Part shown: piece by piece, positions 45,711 to 53,895 of the stretch
Position numbering within the stretch: the stretch's first letter is position 1
Layout: every line of letters starts with the position of its first letter
Origin: an archaeon
Lineage (GTDB): Archaea > Aenigmatarchaeota > Aenigmatarchaeia > CG10238-14 > SCSR01
Direction of reading: 5' to 3'
DNA: 64,000 nt
Assembly: GCA_035288545.1 (NCBI GenBank)
Contig: DATEAB010000045.1
Coordinates: forward strand, 1,329 to 65,328
Notes under the pieces: generated by a model
Seen by the model: the letters and a program-made list of their open reading frames with translations, nothing else
The model's database searches: none
What the model was told of the DNA's origin: nothing
Position numbers and translations under genes: made by a program

Positions 45711-46739
45711 TTGGCAGGCATTTTGGATTGGTTGAGAAAAATATTTTTTGGAAGAACTGCAGAAGAAAATAAAGCAGCGACGATAGGCAGAATTCTGAGA
45801 GGAAAAAGCAGAAGAAGACTTGCAAAGAAAAAAAGAAAAAAAAAGTTAGTGAAAATCAGGGTAAGAAAAATTCCTCGACGCGTGAAAAGATTAAAACCAA
45901 AAATTAAGAAGCCACTCATAAAGTTCAGCGTAACAAGAAGGCCAAGAGCGGTGCAACAGAAGCCGCAGCAAAAACAGCAGCCAGCCCAACTATCTCAGGC
46001 AACTCCTTTGATGCAGAAAGCAATGATAGCCAAGACGTCGAAGAAGCCAGAAATTCACAAACTCCCTGAAGAGATAACACGAGAAGTGATTGTTTCTGAC
46101 ATAATGGTGAAAAATGTTTACAAGGTGAAGACAGACGATACGCTCAGTTATGTTGTTCGTCTTTTTGCTGACAAAGGAATAAGCGGCGCCCCGGTTATAC
46201 ATGACAACACTTTCGTTGGAATAATCAGCGAGAGTGACGTGTTGAAAGTAATAGGAGCTAAAGATCTGCTCAGCATAGGAGGACTCGGATTGAAACGTCT
46301 GGGGGAAATAAAAGTCGAGCAGGCGATGAACAGAAATTCAGTGACAGTCAATGAGTACACCTCTCTCGCCCAGGCTGCTGACTTGATGAACAAGTATGAC
46401 GTGACGAGGCTGCCAGTGCTTGACGAGCGGCGCAACATTGTAGGCATACTTACAAGATCAGATATAATCCGAGGAATATCGAAAGAAATTTTGTTCAGAG
46501 TTTTGAGGAGAAGGCCAGAAGAGATTGCAAAGCTGCGATTGAAAATCGAAACAGACATCGACGAGATTTTGAGAATTGTTGAGAGGAAGGGACTGATCAG
46601 CGTCGAGGAGATTCAGAAGAAACTAAACATCCCGGAAGATAAGATAGAAGAATGGGGAAAAGTTTTGGAAAAGCACGATCTTGTTGAAGTTTTCTATCCC
46701 CCTATCGGAAAGCCTGAGCTGAGAAAGAAACCGAAGTGA
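45711..46739 (+). CDS. CBS-domain pair protein with a basic N-terminal region and C-terminal winged-helix-like domain
   Basis: 342 aa. K/R-rich N-terminus, then two CBS motifs (VSDIMVKNVYKV...GISGAPVIHDN...; ...VEQAMNRNSVTVNE...RLPVLDERRNIVGILTRSDI). Confidence 0.65.
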   Translation: MAGILDWLRKIFFGRTAEENKAATIGRILRGKSRRRLAKKKRKKKLVKIRVRKIPRRVKRLKPKIKKPLIKFSVTRRPRAVQQKPQQKQQPAQLSQATPLMQKAMIAKTSKKPEIHKLPEEITREVIVSDIMVKNVYKVKTDDTLSYVVRLFADKGISGAPVIHDNTFVGIISESDVLKVIGAKDLLSIGGLGLKRLGEIKVEQAMNRNSVTVNEYTSLAQAADLMNKYDVTRLPVLDERRNIVGILTRSDIIRGISKEILFRVLRRRPEEIAKLRLKIETDIDEILRIVERKGLISVEEIQKKLNIPEDKIEEWGKVLEKHDLVEVFYPPIGKPELRKKPK

Positions 46740-46769
46740 TTTTGAAAGGCATGCAACAAGTGAATAGTT

Positions 46770-48329
46770 ATGAAAGTGAAAGATTTTGGAAAAGAAAAAG
46801 ATGAGAACAAGGTAATTGAAAAATATTTCGTGGAATCTTTCAAAGTAAAGGCAGAAGTCAATATAGAAAAATCGCTGAAGGAATTCGTGCCCGTTTACGT
46901 TTTGAAAGTTCCGGATATCGAGCCAGGAACGCTCGCATTGATGGATCTGATACGTGAAAAAATTTTGACTGAGATTTCCATAAAAACTTCCGAGCTGTTG
47001 AACCCTCGCGCGCTTGAAGAGCTGAAGGACAAATTTTTCGAACGGGGGTTCGATTTGTTAAGGAGAGAACTACCACATGCGAATGAAGATGTGTGGGAAT
47101 TTATTTCAGGTTCCCTCGTTCATGAAATGCTTGGACTTGGGAAAATCGAGCTGCTGATCAATGACGGCGAGCTTGAAGATATTGTCATCAATAATGCTGA
47201 TGAGCCCGCGTGGGTTTACCACAAGAAGTATGGATGGCTGAAAACTAATGTCTACGTTCCGAACGAGCTGCAGATTCAGAATTACGCATCAATCATCGGA
47301 CGTCGTGTAGGAAGGCAGATCACAACCCTCTCACCTCTCATGGACGCGCATTTGACGACAGGAGACAGAGTCAACGCAACACTCTTCCCTCTCAGCACCA
47401 AAGGAAACACGATCAGCATAAGAAAATTCAGAAGAAAGCCATGGGTCATTACAGACTTGCTCGAGGCACACACTCTTAGTTTCGATGTTGCGGCTTTACT
47501 TTGGTCGGCTGTTCAATATGAAATGAATACAATTGTTTCTGGTGGAACAGCAACAGGAAAAACAACTTTCCTCAATGTCCTCACACCTTTCATACCGCCG
47601 AACCAGAGAATAATCAGCATAGAGGACACTCGTGAGATCCAGCTGCCACGTTTCTTGCATTGGGTACCGCTGACAACGCGTGAGCCGAATCCGGAAGGAA
47701 AAGGCGAGATAAGCATGCTTGACTTGCTGGTCAACAGCTTGCGAATGAGACCTGACAGGATTATAGTAGGTGAGATTCGTCGTGCCGAACAGGCAGAAGT
47801 CCTATTCGAGGCAATGCACACAGGTCACAGCGTTTACGCCACGCTGCATGCAGATACTGCCGAGCAAACGTACAGGCGACTGGTGAACCCGCCGATAAAT
47901 GTTCCTATAGCTTTGCTCGAGGCGCTTCACCTGAATGTTGTGATGTTTCGTGACAGAAGACGCGGCATAAGAAGACTATTTCAAATCGCGGAAATTGTTC
48001 CGATTCCGGACATAGAAAAGGAGAGGGCGACGATAAATGTTTTGTACAAATGGCATCCTGTGCATGACAAGCTTGTAAAGCTACATGAAAGCAAGCGAAT
48101 AGTTGACGAGCTCAAGCTGCACACTGGGATGACCGACAGGGAGTTCAAGCAAGACTTGAATGACAAAGAAAAAGTTTTGAAGTGGATGCTGAAGCAAAAT
48201 ATCAGAACAATTGACGGAGTCGGGAAAGTTATTTTTGAGTATTATTTCGATCCTAGTAATGTTTTAAATGTTGTTAGGAAGAATTTGAAGCCGACTGCGA
48301 TTGTTCCACCGGATTTGCTGAAGGAATAG
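46770..48329 (+). CDS. Type II/IV secretion system ATPase (TadA/FlaI/VirB11 family)
   Basis: 519 aa. Walker A SGGTATGKTTFLNVL, Asp box, Walker B RPDRIIVGEIR, and His box HTGHSVYATLHA. Confidence 0.85.
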   Translation: MKVKDFGKEKDENKVIEKYFVESFKVKAEVNIEKSLKEFVPVYVLKVPDIEPGTLALMDLIREKILTEISIKTSELLNPRALEELKDKFFERGFDLLRRELPHANEDVWEFISGSLVHEMLGLGKIELLINDGELEDIVINNADEPAWVYHKKYGWLKTNVYVPNELQIQNYASIIGRRVGRQITTLSPLMDAHLTTGDRVNATLFPLSTKGNTISIRKFRRKPWVITDLLEAHTLSFDVAALLWSAVQYEMNTIVSGGTATGKTTFLNVLTPFIPPNQRIISIEDTREIQLPRFLHWVPLTTREPNPEGKGEISMLDLLVNSLRMRPDRIIVGEIRRAEQAEVLFEAMHTGHSVYATLHADTAEQTYRRLVNPPINVPIALLEALHLNVVMFRDRRRGIRRLFQIAEIVPIPDIEKERATINVLYKWHPVHDKLVKLHESKRIVDELKLHTGMTDREFKQDLNDKEKVLKWMLKQNIRTIDGVGKVIFEYYFDPSNVLNVVRKNLKPTAIVPPDLLKE

Positions 48330-48392
48330 TCAAAGAACAGTCGAGGAATAGTCAAAGAACAGTTAGGTCAGAAAAAATAGGAGTTGAAATAA

Positions 48393-49298
48393 TTGGCGCT
48401 GATAAAAAATATTCCATTCGTACCTTTTTCAATGTACCAAGCAGTCAGAATATCTAGAAAAATTGGCTTGATAGGAACAGGGAGTCGTGCGTCAAAACTT
48501 TTCCCAAAACTTTCGCTCTATCTTTTGCAGACAGGAATTTCATTCGAGGACAGGGAATACACGGCGATAGCAATTCTCGCGGCAATGATATGGTTCATAA
48601 TTCCTGCATCAATTTTCACAGTCCTCTACTTTTTCGTTTTGCTTCCTTCAAACTTCATTACAATTGCTCTGCTTTCATCATTCGGCCTTTCCTTCCTTTC
48701 ATTCTTTTACGTCATTTTGTTTCCGCAAGTTGTCATCACGAGAAGAATCAAAGATCTTGAGAAAAATCTTCTCTTCGCTCTTCGTCATTTGCTAATCCAA
48801 GTCCGTTCAGGAATTCCACTGTTCGACTCGATGGTTTCTGTCTCGAAAGCAGGATACGGTCTTATCTCAGAAGAGTTCGAATTCGCAGTCAAACAAATCA
48901 GCACAGGAGTTCGGGACATCGACGCGCTGGAAGAAATCGCGCTGAAGAATCCTTCTCTTTATTTCCGCCGCTCGATGTGGCAGATAACGAACGCAATACG
49001 CTCAGGAGCGGACATCGCGAACACACTCGATACCATTATTGGCAATCTTGCTAATGAGCAGAGAATTCTTGTCCGTCGTTACGGCTCGCAGCTAAACCCC
49101 CTTGCATTCATGTACATGATGATGGGAATTATTTTGCCAAGCCTCGGAATATCTCTGATGATAAGTCTCTCCTCATTTTCTGGACTCAAGGTCGAAAGAA
49201 TTTTCTTCTGGGCAATTTTAATTTTCCTTATATTTTTCAAGTTCAATTTCCTAGGTATCGTCAAAAGCCGCAGACCATCAGTGGAGGTTTACGTCTGA
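48393..49298 (+). CDS. Pilus platform membrane protein with a single T2SS-F domain (TadB-like)
   Basis: 301 aa, three TM segments. The cytoplasmic region SLYFRRSMWQITNAIRSGADIANTLDTIIGNLANEQR is typical of GspF/TadB/FlaJ domains. Confidence 0.65.
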   Translation: MALIKNIPFVPFSMYQAVRISRKIGLIGTGSRASKLFPKLSLYLLQTGISFEDREYTAIAILAAMIWFIIPASIFTVLYFFVLLPSNFITIALLSSFGLSFLSFFYVILFPQVVITRRIKDLEKNLLFALRHLLIQVRSGIPLFDSMVSVSKAGYGLISEEFEFAVKQISTGVRDIDALEEIALKNPSLYFRRSMWQITNAIRSGADIANTLDTIIGNLANEQRILVRRYGSQLNPLAFMYMMMGIILPSLGISLMISLSSFSGLKVERIFFWAILIFLIFFKFNFLGIVKSRRPSVEVYV

Positions 49299-50284
49299 TG
49301 TATCAATTCATCTATGCAATAAGCCCGAAGGGGTACAAGAAGTGGATTGACAGGTATCTTCAATACTGCGACTTCAAAATATCCACGATACGCCTGATAG
49401 GATTCTTCTTTCTGTTTGGCCTTGGCCTGAGTTTTTCGGTCAGCTTCATTTTGTTTTTGCTCAACTATGTCGACACTCTTTTATTTTTTGTAACTTGGCT
49501 GGGAATTTTTGTCACATTCGAAATTGCTACTCATGGGATTTTGGTATTCATTGCTGACAGTCGCGCTAACTTTGTAGAAGAAATACTTCCTGACGCTCTT
49601 CAAATCATTTCTGCGAACTTGCGATCGGGTCTCACACCAGACAAGGCGATACTGACATCTGCTCGACCAGAGTTCGGACCTCTCGAGAAGGAAATGAAAT
49701 TCGTTGCCAAGGAAACACTTTCAGGGCGTCCGCTCGAGGAGTCTCTCAAAGAAATCGCGAAGAAAATAAATTCCAAAATTTTAGATAAGACAATTACACT
49801 TTTGATTGAAGGAATGGCAAAGGGTGGAAGCTTAACACAGCTCCTAGACAGCATCTCAGAAGATATTCGCCAAATAAAAATCCTGCGTCGCGAAATAAAA
49901 TCATATGTAATGATGTACGGCATTTTCATATTCTTCGCAATAGTCATCGGCGCACCTCTTCTATATTCGGTCTCTACGTTTCTTGTCGAAACTATGAGCA
50001 GGTTCGGCAGTAGCATCGAGCTTCAGCAACTCTTCGAATCACAGTCATCCCTTCCAATATTCAAATCCACTGTGACAGATGTCACCCCTGACTTTTTGAT
50101 ATTGTATTCAATTCTTTCCATCTCCGTCACGGCGATTTTCGGAAGTTTGCTGATAGGTCTAATACAGGAAGGAAGCGAGAAGGCAGGAATGAAGTTCATA
50201 CCTTTGCTGCTTCCTCTTTCTTTGGCAGTGTTTTTCATCGCCCGCATTGCTCTTCAGAATTCATTCGGAACGCTAATTGTTTAA
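49298..50284 (+). CDS. Pilus platform membrane protein with a single T2SS-F domain (TadC-like)
   Basis: 328 aa. 1-nt overlap (TGATG) with the upstream gene. ISANLRSGLTPDKAILTSARPEFGPLEKEMKFVAKE is the T2SS-F domain cytoplasmic motif. Confidence 0.65.
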   Translation: MYQFIYAISPKGYKKWIDRYLQYCDFKISTIRLIGFFFLFGLGLSFSVSFILFLLNYVDTLLFFVTWLGIFVTFEIATHGILVFIADSRANFVEEILPDALQIISANLRSGLTPDKAILTSARPEFGPLEKEMKFVAKETLSGRPLEESLKEIAKKINSKILDKTITLLIEGMAKGGSLTQLLDSISEDIRQIKILRREIKSYVMMYGIFIFFAIVIGAPLLYSVSTFLVETMSRFGSSIELQQLFESQSSLPIFKSTVTDVTPDFLILYSILSISVTAIFGSLLIGLIQEGSEKAGMKFIPLLLPLSLAVFFIARIALQNSFGTLIV

Positions 50285-50409
50285 TTGGTTAGCTGAGGAA
50301 AAGATGCTGATGTGCAGTTGTACTGCAGTTGTAGTGCAATTGTGCAATCGTACAAAGTTGTATAATTTATATGCCCCTAAAACCAATTCTAAATTAAAGA
50401 GGATGTTTA

Positions 50410-50877
50410 ATGAGACTATTCGGGAAATTAAAAGGTCAAACGGCCCTTGAGTACTTGATGACGTATGGATGGGCCATCCTGATAGTTATAATAGTCGTCG
50501 GTGCGTTGTTCGCACTGGGACTTACAAAACCATGTCGATGGGTCGGAACTCAAGTTCGTGAATTCGCCGATTTCAGAGTAGAAAATCCGCGAGCAACAAC
50601 TTCTCAATTGGCATTCGACTTATCTAGCCTAAAGCCACAGACAGTAAATCTAACATCAGTAACAGTTTCTGGTGACTTGAGTGGAAACACCGTTTCGCCA
50701 ACTCTACCAGCAAGCCAGGGAACGACAGCAGTAAGATACACAGTCACGACAAGTTCTGGTTCACTAGTGACAAATGATTGCTACAATGCTGATGTTGTTA
50801 TAACTTACAACTTAGCAACAGCAGGTGGACAACAATCATTCAACACGACTGGTAAAATATCAGGAATAATATCGTAA
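50410..50877 (+). CDS. Type IV pilin (probable major pilin) with class III signal peptide
   Basis: MRLFGKLKGQTALEYLMTYGWAILIVIIVVGALFALG gives the canonical KG/QxALEYLM pattern. 155 aa with a Thr/Ser-rich globular part. Confidence 0.65.
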   Translation: MRLFGKLKGQTALEYLMTYGWAILIVIIVVGALFALGLTKPCRWVGTQVREFADFRVENPRATTSQLAFDLSSLKPQTVNLTSVTVSGDLSGNTVSPTLPASQGTTAVRYTVTTSSGSLVTNDCYNADVVITYNLATAGGQQSFNTTGKISGIIS

Positions 50878-50987
50878 GACGATAACAATCAACTTTGAGA
50901 ATTTTTTGCTTTCCATAACTAACTTCTTCAATTTTTCTATTGTTATTAGTAAATTTTTGAGAATCTTTATTTAAAAATAAAAAATCG

Positions 50988-51119
50988 TGCAGGGGGCGAG
51001 ATTCGAACTCACGAACGGACTAACCGACAGCGTTTCTTATTTCATCTTTTCATCAAAGCTCAAATTTCTGTTTTGAAAACTTGAGCGCTGCCCCTTTGAC
51101 CAGACTTGGGTACCCCTGC
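50988..51119 (-). tRNA. tRNA-Leu(CAA), class II, with a ~46-nt intron at the canonical 37/38 position
   Basis: Minus-strand read: GCAGGGG-TA-CCCAAGTCTGGTCAAAGGGG-CAGCG-CUCAAG[46 nt]A-CGCTG-TCGGTTAGTCCGTTC (variable arm)-GTGAGTTCGAATCTCGC-CCCCTGC-A. The anticodon loop reads CU-CAA-G before the intron. Confidence 0.72.
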
Positions 51120-51873
51120 GTGAATCATAGTAAGATTCTGGGTTTATAAAACCCTTTAAAATTTTAATTCTTTCATTTAAGGTAGTTTTTGGTGGAACAT
51201 AACCGAACTTTTTCCATATAGATACTTTTGTTTGATGGACAGGATTTTTTGTGCCGATTAAATTTAACCATTTTTGAATGGAACTTTTTTCATTAATTTC
51301 AAAAATATAAACAGGATTTTTATCATTTTTCCAATTAAAAGGACTTGGATTGGAATGTTTTATTCCAATATTCTTAGATAAAAACTTAATATCATCAATA
51401 AGTCTTTTCGAAATACATGCTATTCGTATTCTTGGTCTTACATGAAAACTACTTTTTCTTTTTGGATTCGGATCCCTCATAAAATAAATCGAACCATCTG
51501 TATCAAAAATTCCTCTTAACAATGGAATAAAATATTTTTTATTTCTTTTAAACTTGTCTGGAATGAAGGTTCGCGATGCTTTTTCGCCTTGTAACATTCC
51601 TAGTTCTAAAAATTGTTTAATTATTTCTTTTTTATATATTCCAACCCCATAAGTTCTCCAATATAAAAAAGATCTCGGCTGTAAATCTATTTTCAATTCT
51701 TTTCTAATCAAAGGTGCTAGATGATTATCATAATATTTCTTATCTTCTGTTAAGTTACCTGTAATAAAAAGATTTTTTCCATTAGATTGTATCCACCCAT
51801 CTCCAATAATAGATCCACAAATTTCGCTAATTCCTCTTGTGATTTTCATATTTTTATTTTGCACAGTATTCAA
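51037..51873 (-). CDS. LAGLIDADG homing endonuclease (double-motif, I-DmoI-like)
   Basis: 278 aa, very AT-rich. Two motifs, ICGSIIGDGWI and LLRGIFDTDGSI. The ORF continues on the same strand through the 5' exon of tRNA-Leu, and its stop lies inside the tRNA intron. Confidence 0.7.
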   Translation of the reverse strand: MNTVQNKNMKITRGISEICGSIIGDGWIQSNGKNLFITGNLTEDKKYYDNHLAPLIRKELKIDLQPRSFLYWRTYGVGIYKKEIIKQFLELGMLQGEKASRTFIPDKFKRNKKYFIPLLRGIFDTDGSIYFMRDPNPKRKSSFHVRPRIRIACISKRLIDDIKFLSKNIGIKHSNPSPFNWKNDKNPVYIFEINEKSSIQKWLNLIGTKNPVHQTKVSIWKKFGYVPPKTTLNERIKILKGFINPESYYDSRRGTQVWSKGQRSSFQNRNLSFDEKMK

Positions 51874-51917
51874 GATAAGTTTATCGTTAAAAATTTAAGA
51901 AAAAGACTTTTCACAAT

Positions 51918-52646
51918 CTATTGTTTCTGCTCTGTTTTGACTTCAGCATTCATTTCATCAGAGCTCATCTGATCGAGCTCTTCCTTCAACTTGTCAATCT
52001 GCGAACGCAAGTCAGTAATCATTCCGTGCAATCCTTCGTCTCCGCCAGATTCTTCAGTCCATTGCTGCTCTTCATTCTCAGGCTCAACCAATCCTGTCGG
52101 TCTAACGAATTCAGAATCAAGATCGACAATGCGCGCCTCGACTTTCTGCACAGCCGCTTCCAGCACTCGCAAGTTCTCTGCTTTCACCCTCTCCATCTCG
52201 CTGAACATCGCGAACGCGTTTTTCACTTTCGTCACGGTCTGCTTCAAATCAGAAATTGTGTGCAAAATATTCTTGTAACGGTCGAGCTTCACAAAAAGAG
52301 GAACGTCAGGAATTTCTCCGCCAGATTTTTTCGTTGCTGGTGCTTGCGTCGTGGCTGTCCATGTGGTTGCTTTCGAGATGTTTGGCGTTTGCAATGCTTC
52401 CACTTTCGGCAACGGCGAGGGCATTGAAAATTGCTGATTCGCCCATTCGTTCGGATTTTCGGAAAGAGCCGCCGTTTCTTTAGTCCACTGATCAATCGCT
52501 GAAGGAGGCTCCATTTTAGAAACTGTCACGTCGGAAGGTTCAATCGCTTCCTTAATCTGCTGTATGTCCTCCCACTCTTTGCTCGCTTCTTCCTTCTTTC
52601 TACCAAAAAAGCCCATGTTATCAATAATTATTTTCTTTTTCAGCAA
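51918..52646 (-). CDS. Hypothetical protein with C-terminal coiled coil and acidic tail
   Basis: 242 aa. Heptad-rich C-terminal 80 aa (RVLEAAVQKVEARIVDLD...ITDLRSQIDKLKEELDQMSS). No confident family assignment. Confidence 0.35.
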   Translation of the reverse strand: MLKKKIIIDNMGFFGRKKEEASKEWEDIQQIKEAIEPSDVTVSKMEPPSAIDQWTKETAALSENPNEWANQQFSMPSPLPKVEALQTPNISKATTWTATTQAPATKKSGGEIPDVPLFVKLDRYKNILHTISDLKQTVTKVKNAFAMFSEMERVKAENLRVLEAAVQKVEARIVDLDSEFVRPTGLVEPENEEQQWTEESGGDEGLHGMITDLRSQIDKLKEELDQMSSDEMNAEVKTEQKQ

Positions 52647-52653
52647 ATAAAAG

Positions 52654-53076
52654 CTATCTAGGACTTCCTTTATCCATCAAATGATGAGTTTTTCTTATTA
52701 TGAAACCCCTAGATTCCAATAGCCTAATAGAAGCCTCATTAGTTTTTTCTACATGTGCATATCTTAAAGGAATTGCAAGTTCGTCTGCTTTTCCCTCAAA
52801 TTTATCGATGAGTTTGGTTCCTATCTCTTTTCTCCTGTAACTCTCTGCAACAGCCAGTTTCCCGAAATATGCTTTGAATGCCCCATCACACTCTCCAAAA
52901 ATATTACCAACTATTTTTCCATCAACTTCAGCCACAAAGCAGAAACCTTTGTTTCTTTCAATATATCTTCTGAATGCGTCCGCTGTGAAGTAAGATTGTA
53001 CAAGATTCGTGTCTTCTAGCAGTTTTGAAATTCCTTGGTAATCCGGTGCTTGAGTTTCACGTATGATAACTTCCAC
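52654..53076 (-). CDS. GNAT family N-acetyltransferase
   Basis: 140 aa. VAEVDGKIVGNIFG...LAVAESYRRKEIGTKLI are acetyl-CoA-binding motifs A/B. Confidence 0.7.
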   Translation of the reverse strand: MEVIIRETQAPDYQGISKLLEDTNLVQSYFTADAFRRYIERNKGFCFVAEVDGKIVGNIFGECDGAFKAYFGKLAVAESYRRKEIGTKLIDKFEGKADELAIPLRYAHVEKTNEASIRLLESRGFIIRKTHHLMDKGSPR

Positions 53077-53121
53077 TTCATTCGCCTGGCAGAATTTTTA
53101 ATAATCAAATTTAAATAAACG

Positions 53122-53233
53122 TGCGCCAGCCGGGATTTTCAGGGCGAACCTTTTGAACCCGGGTCTCGGCCGTGGCAGGGTTCTACTGCCATTATCTGGC
53201 ATCCGTATCTTAACCAGGCTGGACTACTGGCGC
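53122..53233 (-). tRNA. tRNA with expanded D-loop, ~16-nt insertion in the anticodon region and ~16-nt insertion in the T-loop; anticodon not resolved
   Basis: Minus-strand read: GCGCCAG-TA-GTCC-AGCCTGGTTAAGATAC-GGAT-G-CCAGATAATGGCAGTAGAACCCTGCCACGGCCGAGAC-CCGGG-TTCAAAAGGTTCGCCCTGAAAAT-CCCGG-CTGGCGC-A. Acceptor and T stems are perfect. The T loop is 23 nt instead of 7 and reduces to TTCAAAT once the insert is removed. Confidence 0.5.
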
Positions 53234-53326
53234 TTCACAAAACGCACGCTAAAATTGCCACAAATGCCACAAAAATTTGTTTTGTTTTGCCACTTACCAT
53301 TTTTTATTTTTGCCACGTTTTTATTT

Positions 53327-53629
53327 TTATCCGAATATGCTACCAAAGCCTTCCATAGCCTTATCTTGCTCTTCCTTTATCTTTCTAATTACTTCTTCCT
53401 TCTCCTTATCCTTTACTTCTTTCCTCAATTCTTTTGTCAGCTCTTCCGCCCCCTTCACCTGCTCGTCAGTCCCGCTAATATATATGTAATATCCTTCGCT
53501 AAAGCCGAACGACTTCGCCTCACGCCAAGTCAAGCTCGCCCTTGAAACTACATCGTCCTTCAGCAGCAGATCTTTCGCTTTCTGCAAATTCTTGCTCTCA
53601 ATCAGCAACAACGTTTCCATATTTTTCAC
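53327..53629 (-). CDS. Small hypothetical protein with K/E-rich C-terminus
   Basis: 100 aa. No family recognised. Confidence 0.3.
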   Translation of the reverse strand: MKNMETLLLIESKNLQKAKDLLLKDDVVSRASLTWREAKSFGFSEGYYIYISGTDEQVKGAEELTKELRKEVKDKEKEEVIRKIKEEQDKAMEGFGSIFG

Positions 53630-53675
53630 TTCATTTCTATTCGATGTTTGACCTTTTTAAAGTTTTAAATAAATG

Positions 53676-53781
53676 AGCCTCGGAAGGGATTTGAACCCTT
53701 GACCTTCTGCTTACGAAGCAGTTGAGCTCACAATTTTTTCCATTTTTTGTGATTTGCTCTACCGAACTGAGCTACCGAGGC
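53676..53781 (-). tRNA. tRNA-Thr(CGT) with a ~31-nt insertion between the D stem and the anticodon stem
   Basis: Minus-strand read: GCCTCGG-TA-GCTCAGTTCGGTAGAGC-[AAATCACAAAAAATGGAAAAAATTGTGAGCTC]-A-ACTGC-TTCGTAA-GCAGA-AGGTC-AAGGGTTCAAATCCCTT-CCGAGGC-T. The insert carries an internal inverted repeat TCACAA/TTGTGA and ends with a GAGCTC duplication of the D-stem junction. Confidence 0.62.
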
Positions 53782-53895
53782 AAATTTTCTCTGAACTCGT
53801 TGGAACTATATTAGTCAGAAAAGACAATATAATATTAATAGTGATTTTCTAGTGGTAAAACCAGCGAAACATGCCGGTGAAAGCGGGGACAAGTA

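Noticed and set aside
51037-51119. Treating the tRNA-Leu as an artefact because a CDS overlaps it
   Set aside because: The acceptor, D, anticodon (CAA), variable and T arms all pair canonically. The overlap is therefore reported as a real CDS-into-tRNA read-through and not used to discard either feature.
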